64,000 nt of DNA from Mobula hypostoma (GCF_963921235.1 NC_086099.1:155806001-155870000); one strand, 5' to 3'. Counted from the stretch's first letter, positions 24,451 to 37,697 are shown. A program made the numbers and translations. The notes: generated from the sequence alone by a model not told the origin.

Positions 24451-25686
24451 AACAGCCTCTCCCAATATGAATTTGAAAGTTACTGTCTCATGCCTTCAAA
24501 TTTTGTCTTTCTCTGGTTTAGGATTCTAATTTGTGAACCAGTCCTACCTTCCTCTATAACTATAGAATTATGATTATTGGCCCTAAAGTGATTGCCCACT
24601 GACACTTCTGTCAATTTCAGCTTCAAGGTTGTGAAGATCTTTCTACAGAATCCAGATTCTTCCAAACAGTTCCTCACTCAATATCTGATGTTGAGCCAGG
24701 TGTTTACAACTTCAGTACCTCATTGGATCCTAAGTTGGGTTACAAACCACATATTACAGCCCTCATAAGCATTTCTACAGCATCACCCAGGTCACTCTGC
24801 ATGGGACTTTTAAAAATAGTTTTCATGTCTTTGCCACCACTAAACTTTGCCATGTTAATGCTCTGCAGGGTAGGCATCCCATCTTTCACATTATATTAAC
24901 TTCAGTCCTTGTAACACTCACCACAGGAAATTCTACTCAACCATCATTCTTCTCCATAATGGTTCATTTCAACAATACTATTACTGGTGAAAGAATTGAA
25001 AGGAAGAAGTGAATGATTGTGTTGTGGAAATAATATTAATCATGCTTTTCACAAGTAAATTCCTCTCTATGATGAAAGGAAGAAAGTCAATGGCCAGAAT
25101 TAAAATTGAAATGATGAGAAATTCAAAGTTTTCTAACATATTAACATTATGGCAACCCAATCATTGAGACTAATTTGTTAACTGTGTTGCTTTTTCCTCT
25201 TGCAATAGATTGTAATTGATGGAAAATCGCTTGAGACAATATTAAAAGCTGTTCAATGACTATAATCCCAGTAGACCATTAAGTACTTAGTTCTGCTCAG
25301 GGTGAAATAGAATAAAGAGTATCCAAATAACTTAACCCACTCTTCATATCTTCAGCTGAAAATGTCACCATAGGCTTGAGTCATAATAGGACAATTATTC
25401 CTGCCTAAAATCTTAAATCCTAAAGATTCTATACATGAAAACTATTTTAATTATGCATTATTGCATTACTCTGAATGGATGTACAATATATTAAAATAGG
25501 TTCAAAAGTACTATTTCACAGAGGGAACATGCATTTTACTACAGTTGCACAAAATGAGCATCTCCATTAAAGTGAATCCTGCAGTACCATATGTTACTAA
25601 AAATTCAATAAACTGCAACAATGGTACCCAGGATGATGTAGAAATACACTCACAGGTAGAACTAAAGTGGGATTGGTATATTAATA

Positions 25687-28110
25687 TGTAACCTCAGGTT
25701 CGGCTAGCAGCTTACTCTAGGGAAAGACAGCCCCCAGCCCAGCCAAACTTAAGAAATCTTGTTTGGGTGGATGCTGTGAGATGTGTTCCCCTGTTACAAA
25801 TTCAGTAATCACAAAATAACAAACAGTACACAATATGCAATTAAATGATTTAAATGATTGAGCTTTATAATTCCTAATTAGAGAATAGGGTTAGTAAAGA
25901 AACAGACAAAAAAAAGAAAAAGGGCCTATTCTCATGAAACAGTCTATTTTGCAACGTTGGAGCTCACGGTTTTCCCGTCGATTCATTCTCCCTCGAGTTT
26001 CTCCCCAGGCGTCGACTCCCAACCCCATTCCTAGTCCACTCCGTCCTGCAGTCTATGACCTCCTCATTCTGGCATCTTCTCTCTCCATCTTCTGCCGAAC
26101 GAAGCCTGTGAATCCCTTCTCTCAGCCCCACAAGAAAAAAAAGCAACATGCCTCTCATTGGATGGCACACATTCCAAAGCCCCCATTATAGAAACATAGA
26201 AAATAGGTGCAGGAGTAGGCCATTCGGCCCTTCGAGCCTGCACCGCCATTTATTATGATCATGGCTGATCATCCAACTCAGAACCCAGCCTTCCCTCCAT
26301 ACCCCGTGACCCCTGTAGCCACAAGGGCCATATCTAACTTCCTTTTAAACATAGCTAATGAACTGGCCTCAACAGTTTGCTGTGGCAGAGAATTCCACAG
26401 ATTCACCACTCTCTGTGTGAAGAAGTTTTTCCTAACCTCGGTCCTAAAAGGCTTCCCCTCTATCCTCAAACTGTGACCCCTCGTTCTAGACCTCCCCAAC
26501 ATCGGGAACAATCTTCCCGCATCTAGCCTGTCCAATCCCTTTAGGATCTTATACGTTTCAATCAGATCCCCCCTCAATCTTCTAAATTCCAACGAGTACA
26601 AGCCCAGTTCATCCAGTCTTTCTTCATATGAAAGACCTGCCATCCCAGGAATCAATCTGGTGAACCTTCTTTGTACTCCCTCTATGGCAAGGATGTCTTT
26701 CCTCAGATTAGGGGACCAAAACTGCACACAATACTCCAGGTGTGGTCTCACCAAGGCCTTGTACAACTGCAGTAGTACCTCCCTGCTCCTGTACTCGAAT
26801 CCTCTCGCTATAAATGCCAGCATACCGTTCGCCTTTTTCACCGCCTGCTGTACCTGCATGCCCACTTTCAATGACTGGTGTATAATGACACCCAGGTCTC
26901 GTTGCACCTCCCCTTTTCCTAATCGGCCACCATTCAGATAATAATCTGTTTTCCTATTTTTGCCACCAAAGTGGATAACTTCACATTTATCCACATTAAA
27001 TTGCATCTGCCATGAGTTTGCCCACTCACCCAACCTATCCAAGTCACCCTGCATCCTCTTAGCATCCTCCTCACTGCTAACACTGCCACCCAGCTTCGTG
27101 TCATCCGCAAACTTGGAGATGCTGCATTTAATTCCCTCATCCAAGTCATTAATATATATTGTAAACAACTGGGGTCCCAGCACTGAGCCTTGCGGTACCC
27201 CACTAGTCACCGCCTGCCATTCTGAAAAGGTCCCGTTTATTCCCACTCTTTGCTTCCTGTCTGCTAACCAATTCTCCACCCACACCAATACCTTACCCCC
27301 AATACCGTGTGCTTTAAGTTTGCACACTAATCTCCTGTGTGGGACCTTGTCAAAAGCCTTTTGAAAATCCAAATATACCACATCCACTGGTTCTCCCCTA
27401 TCCACTCTACTAGTTACATCCTCAAAAAATTCTATGAGATTCGTCAGACATGATTTTCCTTTCACAAATCCATGCTGACTTTGTCCGATCATTTCACCGC
27501 TTTCCAAATGTGCTGTTATCACATCCTTGATAACTGACTCCAGCAGTTTCCCCACCACCGACGTTAGGCTAACCGGCCTATAATTTCCCGGTTTCTCTCT
27601 CCCTCCTTTTTTAAAAAGTGGGGTTACATTAGCCACCCTCCAATCCTCAGGAACTAGTCCAGAATCTAACGAGTTTTGAAAAATTATCACTAATGCATCC
27701 ACTATTTCTTGGGCCACTTCCTTAAGCACTCTGGGATGCAGACCATCTGGCCCTGGGGATTTATCTGCCTTCAATCCCTTCAATTTACCTAACACCACTT
27801 CCCTACTAACATGTATTTCGCTCAGTTCCTCCATCTCACTGGACCCTCTGTCCCTTACTATTTCTGGAAGATTATTTATGTCCTCCTTAGTGAAGACAGA
27901 ACCAAAGTAATTATTCAATTGGTCTGCCATGTCCTTGCTCCCCATAATCAATTCACCTGTTTCTGTTTGCAGGGGACCTACATTTGTCTTTATCAGTCTT
28001 TTCCTTTTTACATATCTATAAAAGCTCTCTATCTCTAGTCATAACCAGAATATTGCTGCTGCAGAGAAACCATTACATTAGCAGTGAAACATTACAGAGA
28101 GGCCATTACA
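25687..28110. mobile_element. Solo LTR (about 0.58 kb) split by a CR1 insertion
   Basis: Starts TGTAA (25687) and ends TTACA (28110). Flanked by AATA at 25683-25686 and 28111-28114 (4-bp TSD). Confidence 0.7.
26188..28026 (-). mobile_element. Young 5'-truncated CR1 LINE with an intact RT reading frame (557 aa ORF at 26278-27951)
   Basis: NYRPVSLTS, YLDFQKAFDKVPH, GVPQGSVLGP, KFADDTKL, RPHLEYCVQFW, and a (TTCTATGT)n tail at about 26188-26203. Confidence 0.97.
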
Positions 28111-28460
28111 AATATATGGTAGAAGAAGGAGAGATTAAAACATTTTTCTCTACATGATTGTTAAATTTGAGATAATACACTTGCAATTTTGCTATCTTTA
28201 TCTTTTAAATTAAAATACCATTTTAACATTATGTACAAAATAATATGAATTATGATGAAGAAATACTTAAGAAAGTGTTCTAAAAAAAATTAAGAGCTCA
28301 GCTTTTGTATTACCTCAATCTCAACTGTAAATGTGAACTGAGTATCCAACATTTGGTTGCCTTAGAATAGAATTTATGAACTCATAACTAAATGATATTG
28401 GAGTTCAAATTATTACAGCATAACTGAATAAAATGCTCTAAAGTATGACTATTTAAAATA

Positions 28461-29095
28461 CAGTGGTTTCCAGTTAGTTGGGATACATCAGGACCCAGTG
28501 CATTTTGGCCTAATTAAGCAGCTGCCCCAATTAGCCACATTTTCATGGAAATTGATATAAAGGTATTAAAAAAATTTGAGTAACACATTAATTCAAATAA
28601 AATACAGAACAAATTAGAACACTACTAATACTACTACAGGAACTACTACAGTGTACTAGTTCCTAATAGTTATTGATGGAGGAATTTGTCTAGTATAATT
28701 TCATTTTCACTCCCAACCATCTCTAGCATCTCCAAACTTGAATGCTTAAAACCGCAGCAAGCAAAACAGTTCTGACATGTCTTAAAGCTTATTTCAAAAC
28801 CAACTATCAGTGACAAAAATCACTACATTTTGAACACAAACACATGCAAATTACGCTAGTTAAAACTGTTGACTCTGAGCATGGTGTAGTGTCCAACAGG
28901 CCACCCAAGTGCACACAACTGACGTTAGTTAGAAACTCTTTGGCAACAGCCTCCTATCCCAATTAAGCGACATGGTGTCCCAATTAAATGAAGGGAGTCC
29001 TGACAATTTTCTCAATTAGTTTTTGTTCTTTAAGAGTTATCCAAAATAAGCAGCTGCCCCAATTAACCAGTGGTCCATTTAACTGGAATCCACCG
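28461..29095. mobile_element. Tc1/mariner (pogo/Tigger-like) MITE
   Basis: TA|CAGTGGTTTCCAGTTAGTTGG at the left end and CCATTTAACTGGAATCCACCG|TA at the right end (imperfect TIRs, TA TSD). Internal CCAATTAA-type repeats and no ORF. Confidence 0.8.
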
Positions 29096-30174
29096 TACTT
29101 ACATTCTTTGATTCACTGTATTTATTCTCTTGTGAGCAGTACCACCTAGTGGTTTATTATCACAATGCCTCTACATTCTGCATTTTAGGTGAAATGATTT
29201 TATTTTATCCAGTGAGAAAACTTCAAATGTTGTCTAAACAGCACAACCTTTTCTCTCACAAGGATATAATCATGGTTAATGAAGAGTATTTAAAAAAAAA
29301 TCAGTCTTCTGACTAATTAAAAACTAAAGAAGTGTGATTGAAGATCAAAAGAGAAGGTTAATCTTTTGTGAAAAGGAGATTCATAGAGGGCTCTGCAAGA
29401 CTATCATGAATAGAATCAGAAAGGAATATGTTTTGTACTGAAGTATGCATCAGGAATTGCTGCAAGCCATGATCATGTTGTAGTAACAAGATATAGTGTT
29501 AGGCAACATCGCGAGAAAAATTAAGAATGCTCTTAAGGAACAGATTGAAATAGTTTTATGCAGAGAACAATGAAGGTGAATGGGACACGATGTGTTAGCT
29601 TAGATTTGCTTGCTGGAGTTAATGAAACATGCAAAGCCTGCATGAAAACAGAAGCTTGGAAGACAATTTCAGTGGAAGAATATATGAGATATAGATGAAA
29701 GTAAATACTTTGTATGAAAGCAGTTTTATATTAGTTTCCACTGATTTTAGTTCACATTATATGCCTTCAATATTTTAGACCATTAATGTTTAAAGAATCA
29801 TCAAGTTCACAGTCAGTACGATTCTTGGTACAAAACATATATATTTATTTGCAGCCTTTCATCTCATCAGTTCTTAACTATTATAACATTTCTGCAGATG
29901 CTATATGTCACAGGATTCTAAAATGCACCATTAATGACATCAACACTGATCTGACTTATACAGATTTCAACCAGAAGATTACACATAACCTGGAATTTGG
30001 GAGAAGCCTAATTCCTAAATTTGTAAGATGCAAAATTGTTGCACAATTTATTCCAAACCCAAGTCCAGACTCTGAAGTTACCAATGTCTCATACATATGC
30101 CACTACCTTCAAAATCAGCCCAAAGCGTAAGAGGAAAATGTGAATAGCACGTGCTCCAAACAAAGGAATTCTGT

Positions 30175-30398
30175 GAGACGCTTTGTTCCCTCATCACCTC
30201 GTCAAAAAATTCAATCATGTTAGTAAGACACGACTTGCCCTGACTGCACAAATCTAAGCTGGCTCTCCCTAATTGGGCCATGATTTTCCAAATACTCATT
30301 AATCCTATCACTAAGAATCCCCTGCAGTAACTTCCCTACCACTGATGTGAAACTCACTGGTTTATAGCTTCCAGGATTATCCCTGGAACATTCGCGGA
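30175..30398 (-). mobile_element. CR1 RT fragment in inverted orientation
   Basis: DNPGSYKPVSFTSVVGKLL..GKSCLTNMIEFFDEV on the minus strand. Confidence 0.85.
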
Positions 30399-30404
30399 CA
30401 AAAG

Positions 30405-31500
30405 GCAAGACCTTTAACAGTGTTGATGAGCAGAGTGATCTTCGGGTCCAAGTTTATATCTCCTTGAAAGTGGCTAAGAAGGCATGGGGCATGCTTGCCT
30501 TTGTTAGTTGAGGCACTGGATGCAAAAGTCAGGAAGTTACGCTGCAACTTTATAAAACTCTAGTTAGGCCACATCTGGAGTATTGCATACAGTTCTGGTC
30601 ACCCCATTATAGGAAGGTTTTGGACAGCGTGCAGAAGAGGTTTACCAGGAGGCTGCTGGATTTGAGGACTTGTGCTATAATAAGAGGCTGGACAAATTTG
30701 GGCTGTTTTCTCTAGAGTGGCAGAGATTGATAGGGGTTTATAAAATTATGAAAGACATAGACAGACAACATCTCTTTCCCAGGGTTGAAATGTCTAATAC
30801 AAAAAGGCGTGCATTTAAGGCGAGAGGGGGTCATTTTAAAGTGGCAGCTTTATTGCAGATTGGTGGGTGACTGGAATGCGTTGCCTGGGGTGGTTGTAGA
30901 GGCAGATACATCAGAATGAGAATCAGGGTCATTATCACCGGCATCTGTCATAAAATTTGTTAACTTAGCAGGGGCAATTTAATGCAATACATAATAACAA
31001 ATCATTCAGTCAACTACGGTAAGTATATGTATGTATATTGAATAGATTAAAAATAGTGCAAAAACAGAAATAATATTGATTTTAAAAAAAATGAAGTATT
31101 GTTCATGGGTTCAATGTCCATTTAGGACTCGTATGGCAGAGGGAAAGAAGCTGTTCCTGAATCTCTGAGTGTGTGCCTTCAGGCTTCTGTACCTCCTTCC
31201 TGATAGTAACAATGAGAAGAGGGCATATCCTGGGTGATGAAGGTCCTTAATAATGTATGTCACACTTTTCTGAGGGCCTGCTCCTTGAAGGTGTCTTGGA
31301 TACCATAAAGGCTAGTACCCAGGACATTAGGGACTTTTAAGAGACATTTGGACGGGCACATGAATGTGAGGGAAACAAAGGGTATGAACATTGCATAGGC
31401 AAAAAGGATTAGTTTAGTTAGCCATTTGACAACTAACTTATTTGGCTTGGCTCAATATTTTGGGCCAAAGGGCTTGTTCCTGTGCTGTGTTCGGTGCTCA
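30405..31500 (+). mobile_element. CR1 3' fragment containing a nested Rex1-like fragment (about 30911-31320, minus strand)
   Basis: LYKTLVRPHLEYCIQFWSP. The CR1 text GGCAGATACA (to 30910) resumes near 31323 with ACATTAGGGACTTTTAAGAGAC. Confidence 0.8.
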
Positions 31501-31989
31501 GTACAATAGAATGAAAAGAGAAATCAGTGCTTAGATAGGGATAATCTGGTGAAATACTTCAGTGATGAACTCCCCATACACCACCACCCACCCCAGAGAA
31601 ACGGTGGAAGCTTATGCCACTCATGCAAATAAAAATTAACATATTATTTAGGGAAAATACTAATTTGTGATACAACCTATTGTACTTTGAAGAACACTCA
31701 CATGAATTTGTTGGTAATTTGTTTATTATTAACGCATGTACCAAGGTACAATGAAAACTTTTGATTTACATGCTATCCATATTGACACTGGACAACAAAG
31801 ATTTTGCTTCCTGAATACTTTTGGATGTATCTTATGGATTCTACTGCTGATCATGAAAATTGCCATGAATTTTCCCTATTATACATCATTGTTTTTTGGA
31901 AGGTCCTATATTTGTTATTTCAATTAATAATTGATGTCAATTAAAATGTTGCCCACATGTAAGTTTTCTATCTTGTCCAGGCAAGTCTG

Positions 31990-32490
31990 GGAACGCTTTG
32001 GGTTGCCAGCATGACCCACAGCAATGGTGTCTTTTTATTGATTCTTCAGCCTGAATGCTGTGCTGCCACTCAACGGCAATGTGCACCCTTCAACACCAAT
32101 TGGCTGTACAGTACACATGCAGATAACACCGAAATCTGGAAGTCTTCTTGAAACATGTACATACAGTACAGCAACTACCACTAGAACATCTGTGGTGATC
32201 TGAAAGTGTGGCACTGCCACTAGGAATGCAGCTCAGATACATGAAGTAATGTTGTTTCATTTGGAAATGGACAGCCGTGCTAAAGAATCTCATTACATTA
32301 AGAAGGATTTTCCACTCTGTATGTAGTTAGTTCCAGGGCAGAAATGTACGGCACATAACCCACTTGTAGATCCAACAAAGATACCTTTGCCTCCTCTTCA
32401 TGTAAAACTGGGGTTTGTGAAAATTTTTCTGGACGTGATGAACAAGGAGAGGTGAAGGATTTTGATATTCGAGGCAGATGTCAGAATAAC
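31990..32490 (+). mobile_element. Chapaev3-like (CMC superfamily) DNA transposase relic
   Basis: Across frameshifts it reads SLNAVLPLNGNVHPSTPIG..VALPLGMQLRYMK.CCFI..WDSRAKESHYIKKD..PLVDPTKIPLPPLHVKLGFVKIF. This resembles the Chapaev3 motifs SLKAVLLHNGN, GYTKYCCFLC.WDSR and LPPLHIKLGLMK.F. Confidence 0.7.
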
Positions 32491-32494
32491 TGCC

Positions 32495-33915
32495 AACATG
32501 TCTGCATACCACAACTCTATTTTATGCCCCTTCTTTTCAGTCCCTTCCTACCTACATCCATGACACTTCACATGTTTCGATCTTTTCAATGACCTTAAGT
32601 TCCCTGGCCTTGATCGTCTCATTTTCACTCTGGATATCCAGTCCCTATGCACTTCATTCCCCCCAGGAAGGCCGTAAAACCCTCCACTTCTTTCTGCACA
32701 ACAGACCCAACCATTTCCCCTTCACTATTACTCTCCTCTGTCTGGCATAACCCTCAGGTCCTCACCCTCAACAATTTCTCTTTCGTCTCCTCCCTTCCTT
32801 GAACCCAAGGTGTAGCCAAAGGGATTCGCATTGGTCCCAGCTATGCCTGCCTCTTCACTGGCTACATGAAACAGTTCCAAACTTAAACTGGCATCACTCC
32901 CCTATTCTTCATACACTGCATTGACGACTGCATTGGTGCTGCTTCCTGCATCCATGCTGATCTCGTTAATTTCATCAAATCAACCTTGCACCCTGCCCTC
33001 TAATTTACTTGGTCCATTTCTGACAAGTCTCTCCTCTTTATCAATCTCTCTGTGTCCATCTCTGGAGACAATCTACCTACCAATATCTTATATAAACACA
33101 CTGACTCTCACAGTTATCTTGACTATATCTCTTCCCACTTGTAAAAACATCATTCCCTTTTCTCAGTTCCTCCATCTCCATCGCATCTGTTCTCAGATGA
33201 GGCTTTTCATTCCAGAACAACTGACATGGTCCAGTTTTTCAATGAAAAGATCTGTTTCATTTCCTCCACCATCAATGCTGCTCTCATCCACATCTCTTCC
33301 ATTTTATGCACACCTGCCCTCACTCCATCCTCCCGCTGTCACACCAGGGATAGGGTTCTTCTTATCCTCACCTACCACCCCACAAGCCTTCACATCCGGC
33401 ACACAATTCTCCATGACTTCCACCATCTGCAACAGCATTCCACCACCAAGCACATCTTTCCCACTTTACCCCTCCACTTTCTGCAGGGATTGCTCCCTAC
33501 GTGACTACCTTGTCCACTCATCCCTCCCCACTGTCGCCCTCCTGGTACTTATCCTTGCAGGTGGAACAAATGCCACACCTGCCCCCACACTGTCTCCCTA
33601 CCTACTGTTCAGGGCCCTGAGCAGTCCTTCCAGGTGAGGCGACACTTCACCTGTAAGTCTGTTGTGGTCATCAACTGTATTCAGTGCTCCCGGTATCACC
33701 CCCTGTATGTTGGTGAAACCCGACAGAGATTGGGAGACCACTTCATTGAGCACCTTCGCTCTGTCCGCCACAAAAAAGGGGATTTTCCAATAGCCCACCC
33801 ATTTCAATTCTGCTCCCATTCCCATTCCGACATGTCAGTCCATGTTCTCCTCTACTGCCATGATGAGGTCACATTCAGGTTGGAGGAGCAACACCTTATA
33901 TTCCAACCTGATGAC
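32495..33915 (+). mobile_element. Penelope-like element, RT plus GIY-YIG endonuclease, degenerate
   Basis: IFTLDIQSL, NNFSF, GPSYACLF, CIDDCIG (RT); VINCIQCSRYHPLYVGETRQRLGDHFIEHLRSV (GIY-YIG). Confidence 0.88.
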
Positions 33916-33982
33916 AAATCAAGCAGGTCATTAATGACAGGCAAGTCAAAGAACTTCTACTGGGACCAAAGAAAATCACATG

Positions 33983-36900
33983 GAAGACATTGTGCCAGAG
34001 GCATTGTGGAATATCCAGCTGGTCTTTTGCAAACTTGAAACATGCAGCAATTTTTTTTTTGGAGAGCAGCACCTCCATGGTGTCCTTAACTGAACACCAT
34101 TCTTGTTCAGTGTTTTTCTTATAGTGAACATGTGAACACATTTTAGCACATTCCAGAGATTTCTGCAGGTCTTTTGCTGTTACCCTTGTGTTCTTTGTCA
34201 CCTCCTTCAACATTGCATGTTGTGCTCTTGGTGTGATCTTTGCAGGTTGCCCACTTCTAGGGAGAATAGCAACAGTACTTAATCTTCTGTTGTAAAAGAG
34301 CGCCTGAAGGCTTTGTGTGTCAATGCAAGGAGCATTCATAACAAGGTGGATGAATTGAAAGTGCAGATTGTTATTAATGATTATGATATAGTTGGGAACA
34401 CAGAGACATGGCTCCAGGGTGACCAAGGATGGGAGCTCAACGTTCAGGGATATTCAATATTCAGGAGGGATAGACATGAAAGAAAAGGAGGTGGGGTGGC
34501 GTTGCTGGTTAAAGAAGAGATTAACGCAATAGAAAGAAAGGACATAAGCCGGGAAGATGTGGAATCGATATGGGTAGAGCTGCGTAACACTAAGGGGCAG
34601 AAAACGCTGGTGGGAGTTGTGTACAGGCCACCTAACAGTAGTAGTGAGGTCAGAGATGGTATTAAACAGGAAATTAGAAATGTGTGCAATAAAGGAACAG
34701 CAGTTATAATGGGTGACTTCAATCTACATGTAGATTGGGTGAACCAAATTGGTAAAGGTGCTGAGGAAGAGGATTTCTTGGAATGTATGTGGGATGGTTT
34801 TTTGAACCAACATGTCGAGGAACCAACTAGAGAGCAGGCTATTCTGGGCTGGGTTTTGAGCAATGAGGAAGGGTTAATTAGCAATCTTGTCGTGAGAGGC
34901 CCTTTGGGTAAGAGTGACCATAATATGGTGGAATTCTTCATTAAGATGGAGAGTGACATAGTTAATTCAGAAACAAAGGTTCTGAACTTAAAGAGGGGTA
35001 ACTTTGAAGGTATGAGACGTGAATTAGCTAAGATAGACTGGCAAGTGACACTTAAAGGATTGACGGTGGATATGCAATGGCAAGCATTTAAAGATTGCAA
35101 GGATGAACTACAACAATTGTTCATCCCAGTTTGGCAAAAGAATAAATCAAGGAAGGTAGTGCACCCATGGCTGACAAGAGAAATTAGGGATAGTATCAAT
35201 TCCAAAGAAGAAGCATACAAATTAGCCAGAAAAAGTGGCTCACCTGAGGACTGGGAGAAATTCAGAGTTCAGCAGAGGAGGACAAAAGGCTTAATTAGGA
35301 AGGGGAAAAAGGATTATGAGAGAAAACTGGTAGGGAACATAAAAACTGACTGTAAAAGCTTTTATAGATATGTAAAAAGGAAAAGACTGGTAAAGACAAA
35401 TGTAGGTCCCCTATAGACAGAAACAGGTGAATTGATTATGGGGAGCAAGGACATGGCAGACCAATTGAATAATTACTTTGGTTCTGTCTTCACTAAGGAG
35501 GACATAAATAATCTTCCAGAAATAGTAGGGGACAGAAGGTCCAGTGAGATGGAGGAACTGAGCGAAATACATGTTAGTAGGGAAGTGGTGTTAGGTAAAT
35601 TGGAGGGATTGAAGGCAGATAAATCCCCAGGGCCAGATGGTCTGCATCCTAGAGTGCTTAAGGAAGTAGCTCAAGAAATAGTGGATGCATTAGTGATAAT
35701 TTTTCAAAACTCGTTAGATTCTGGACTCGTTCCTGAGGATTGGAGGGTGGCTAATGTAACCTCACTTTTTAAAAAAGGAGGGAGAGAGAAACCAGGGAAT
35801 TATAGACCGGTTAGCCTAACGTCGGTGGTGGGGAAACTGCTGGAGTCAATTATCAAAGATGTGATAACAGCACATTTGGAAAGCGGTGAAATCATCGGAC
35901 AAAGTCAGCATGGATTTGTGAAAGGAAAATCATGTCTGATGAATCTCATAGAATTTTTTGAGGATGTAACTAGAAGAGTGGATAGGAGAGAACCAGTGGA
36001 TGTGGTATATTTGGATTTTCAAAAGGCTTTTGACCAGGTCCCACACAGGAGATTAGTGTGCAAACTTAAAGCACACGGTATTGGGGGTAAGGTATTGATG
36101 TGGATAGAGAATTGGTTAGCAGACAGGAAGCAAAGAGTGGGAATAAACGGGACCTTTTCAGAATGGCAGGCAGTGACTAGTGGGGTACCGCAAGGCTCAG
36201 TGCTGGGACCCCAGTTGTTTACAATATATATTAATGACTTGGATGAGGGAATTAAATGCAGCATCTCCAAGTTTGCGGATGACACGAAGCTGGGTGGCAG
36301 TGTTAACTGTGAGGAGGATGCTAAGAGGATGCAGAGTGACTTGGATAGGTTGGGTGAGTGGGCAAATTCATGGCAGATGCAATTTAATGTGGATAAATGT
36401 GAAGTTATCCACTTTGGTGGCAAAAATAGGAAAACAGATTATTATCTGAATGGTGGCTGATTAGGAAAAGGGGAGGTGCAACGAGACCTGGGTGTCATTA
36501 TACACCAGTCATTGAAAGTGGGCATGCAGGTACAGCAGGCGGTGAAAAAGGCGAATGGTATGCTGGCATTTATAGTGAGAGGATTCGAGTACAGGAGCAG
36601 GGAGGTACTACTGCAGTTGTGCAAGACCTTGGTGAGACCAGACCTGGAGTATTGTGTGCAGTTTTGGTCCCCTAATCTGAGGAAAGACATCCTTGCCATA
36701 GAGGGAGTACAAAGAAGGTTCACCAGATTGATTCCTGGGATGGCAGGACTTTCATATGAAGAAAGACTGGATGAACTGGGCTTGTACTCGTTGGAATTTA
36801 GAAGATTGAGGGGGGATCTGATTGAAACGTATAAAATCCTAAAAGGATTGGACAGGCTAGGTGCAGGAAGATTGTTCCCGATGTTGGGGAAGTCCAGAAT

Positions 36901-37697
36901 GAGGGGTCACAGTTTGAGGATAAAGGGGAAGCCTTTTAGGACCGAGATTAGGAAAAACTTCTTCACACAGAGAGTGGTGAATCTGTGGAATTCTCTGCCA
37001 CAGGAAACAGTTGAGGCCAGTTCATTGGCTATATTTAAGAGGGAGTTAGATATGGCCCTTGTGGCTACGGGGATCAGGGGGTATGGAGGGAAGGCTGGGG
37101 CGGGGTTCTGAGTTGGATGATCAGCCATGATCATAATAAATGGCGGTGCAGGCTCAAAGGGCCGAATGGCCTACTCCTGCACCTATTTTCTATGTTTCTA
37201 TGTTTCTCCATTTGTAGACAATTTCTCTTACTGTGGACTGATGAACACTCAGGTCTTTAGAAATGCTTATACAGTCTTTTTCAGCTTCATGCATCTCAGC
37301 AATTCTTCTTCTGAAGTCTTCTGAAGGTGGTATTGATCGGGGCATGTACACGCTACAGATCTTTCTTGAGAAGAGCAGGATCAATCAGGAACATGACTTT
37401 GTGTATCTTTTTTTCACATAGAGCTGTACATCTCTACAACCCACACCTCCAATCTCATCTCATTGATTGGAACCCCTGATTCCAAATAGCTTTTACAGAC
37501 CGCATTACCCCAGAAGTTCACATACTTTTTTTGAACCTAGACTGTGATCGTATAAGTGGTGTTTGTGTGTTTATTAGTTTAGGCAGATTGTGTTTGTCTA
37601 TTATTGTGACTTAGATGAAGATCAGACCACATTTTATGAATAATTAATGCAGAAAACCAGTTAATTGATAAGGCTCACAAACTTTTTCTTGCAACTG
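33983..37697 (-). mobile_element. Tc1-like DNA transposon, 3'-truncated, with its transposase split by a CR1
   Basis: TIR TA|CAGTTGCAAGAAAAAGT read on the minus strand from 37697. MPRS..SEDFRRRIAEMHEA..SKDLSVHQSTVREIVYKWR continues after the CR1 as RLSTVAILPRSGQPAKITPRA..FKFAKDQLD (paired-like HTH). Confidence 0.88.
34289..37207 (+). mobile_element. Young CR1 LINE with a near-complete ORF2 (APE + RT) broken by only two in-frame stops
   Basis: ORFs 34313-35416, 35432-36460 and 36476-37111 share one frame. NARSI, ETWL, GVVYRPP, GDFN, SDHN (APE); QGSVLGP, FADD (RT); (TTTCTATG)n tail. Confidence 0.97.

Noticed and set aside
26278-27951. 557-aa RT ORF as a domesticated host gene
   Set aside because: It is 5'-truncated, ends in a CR1 tail and is nearly identical to another copy, so intactness reflects youth.
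34444-36723. Long antisense ORFs (258, 134 and 93 aa)
   Set aside because: Shadow frames of CR1 ORF2; the 134- and 93-aa frames recur in the sister copy.
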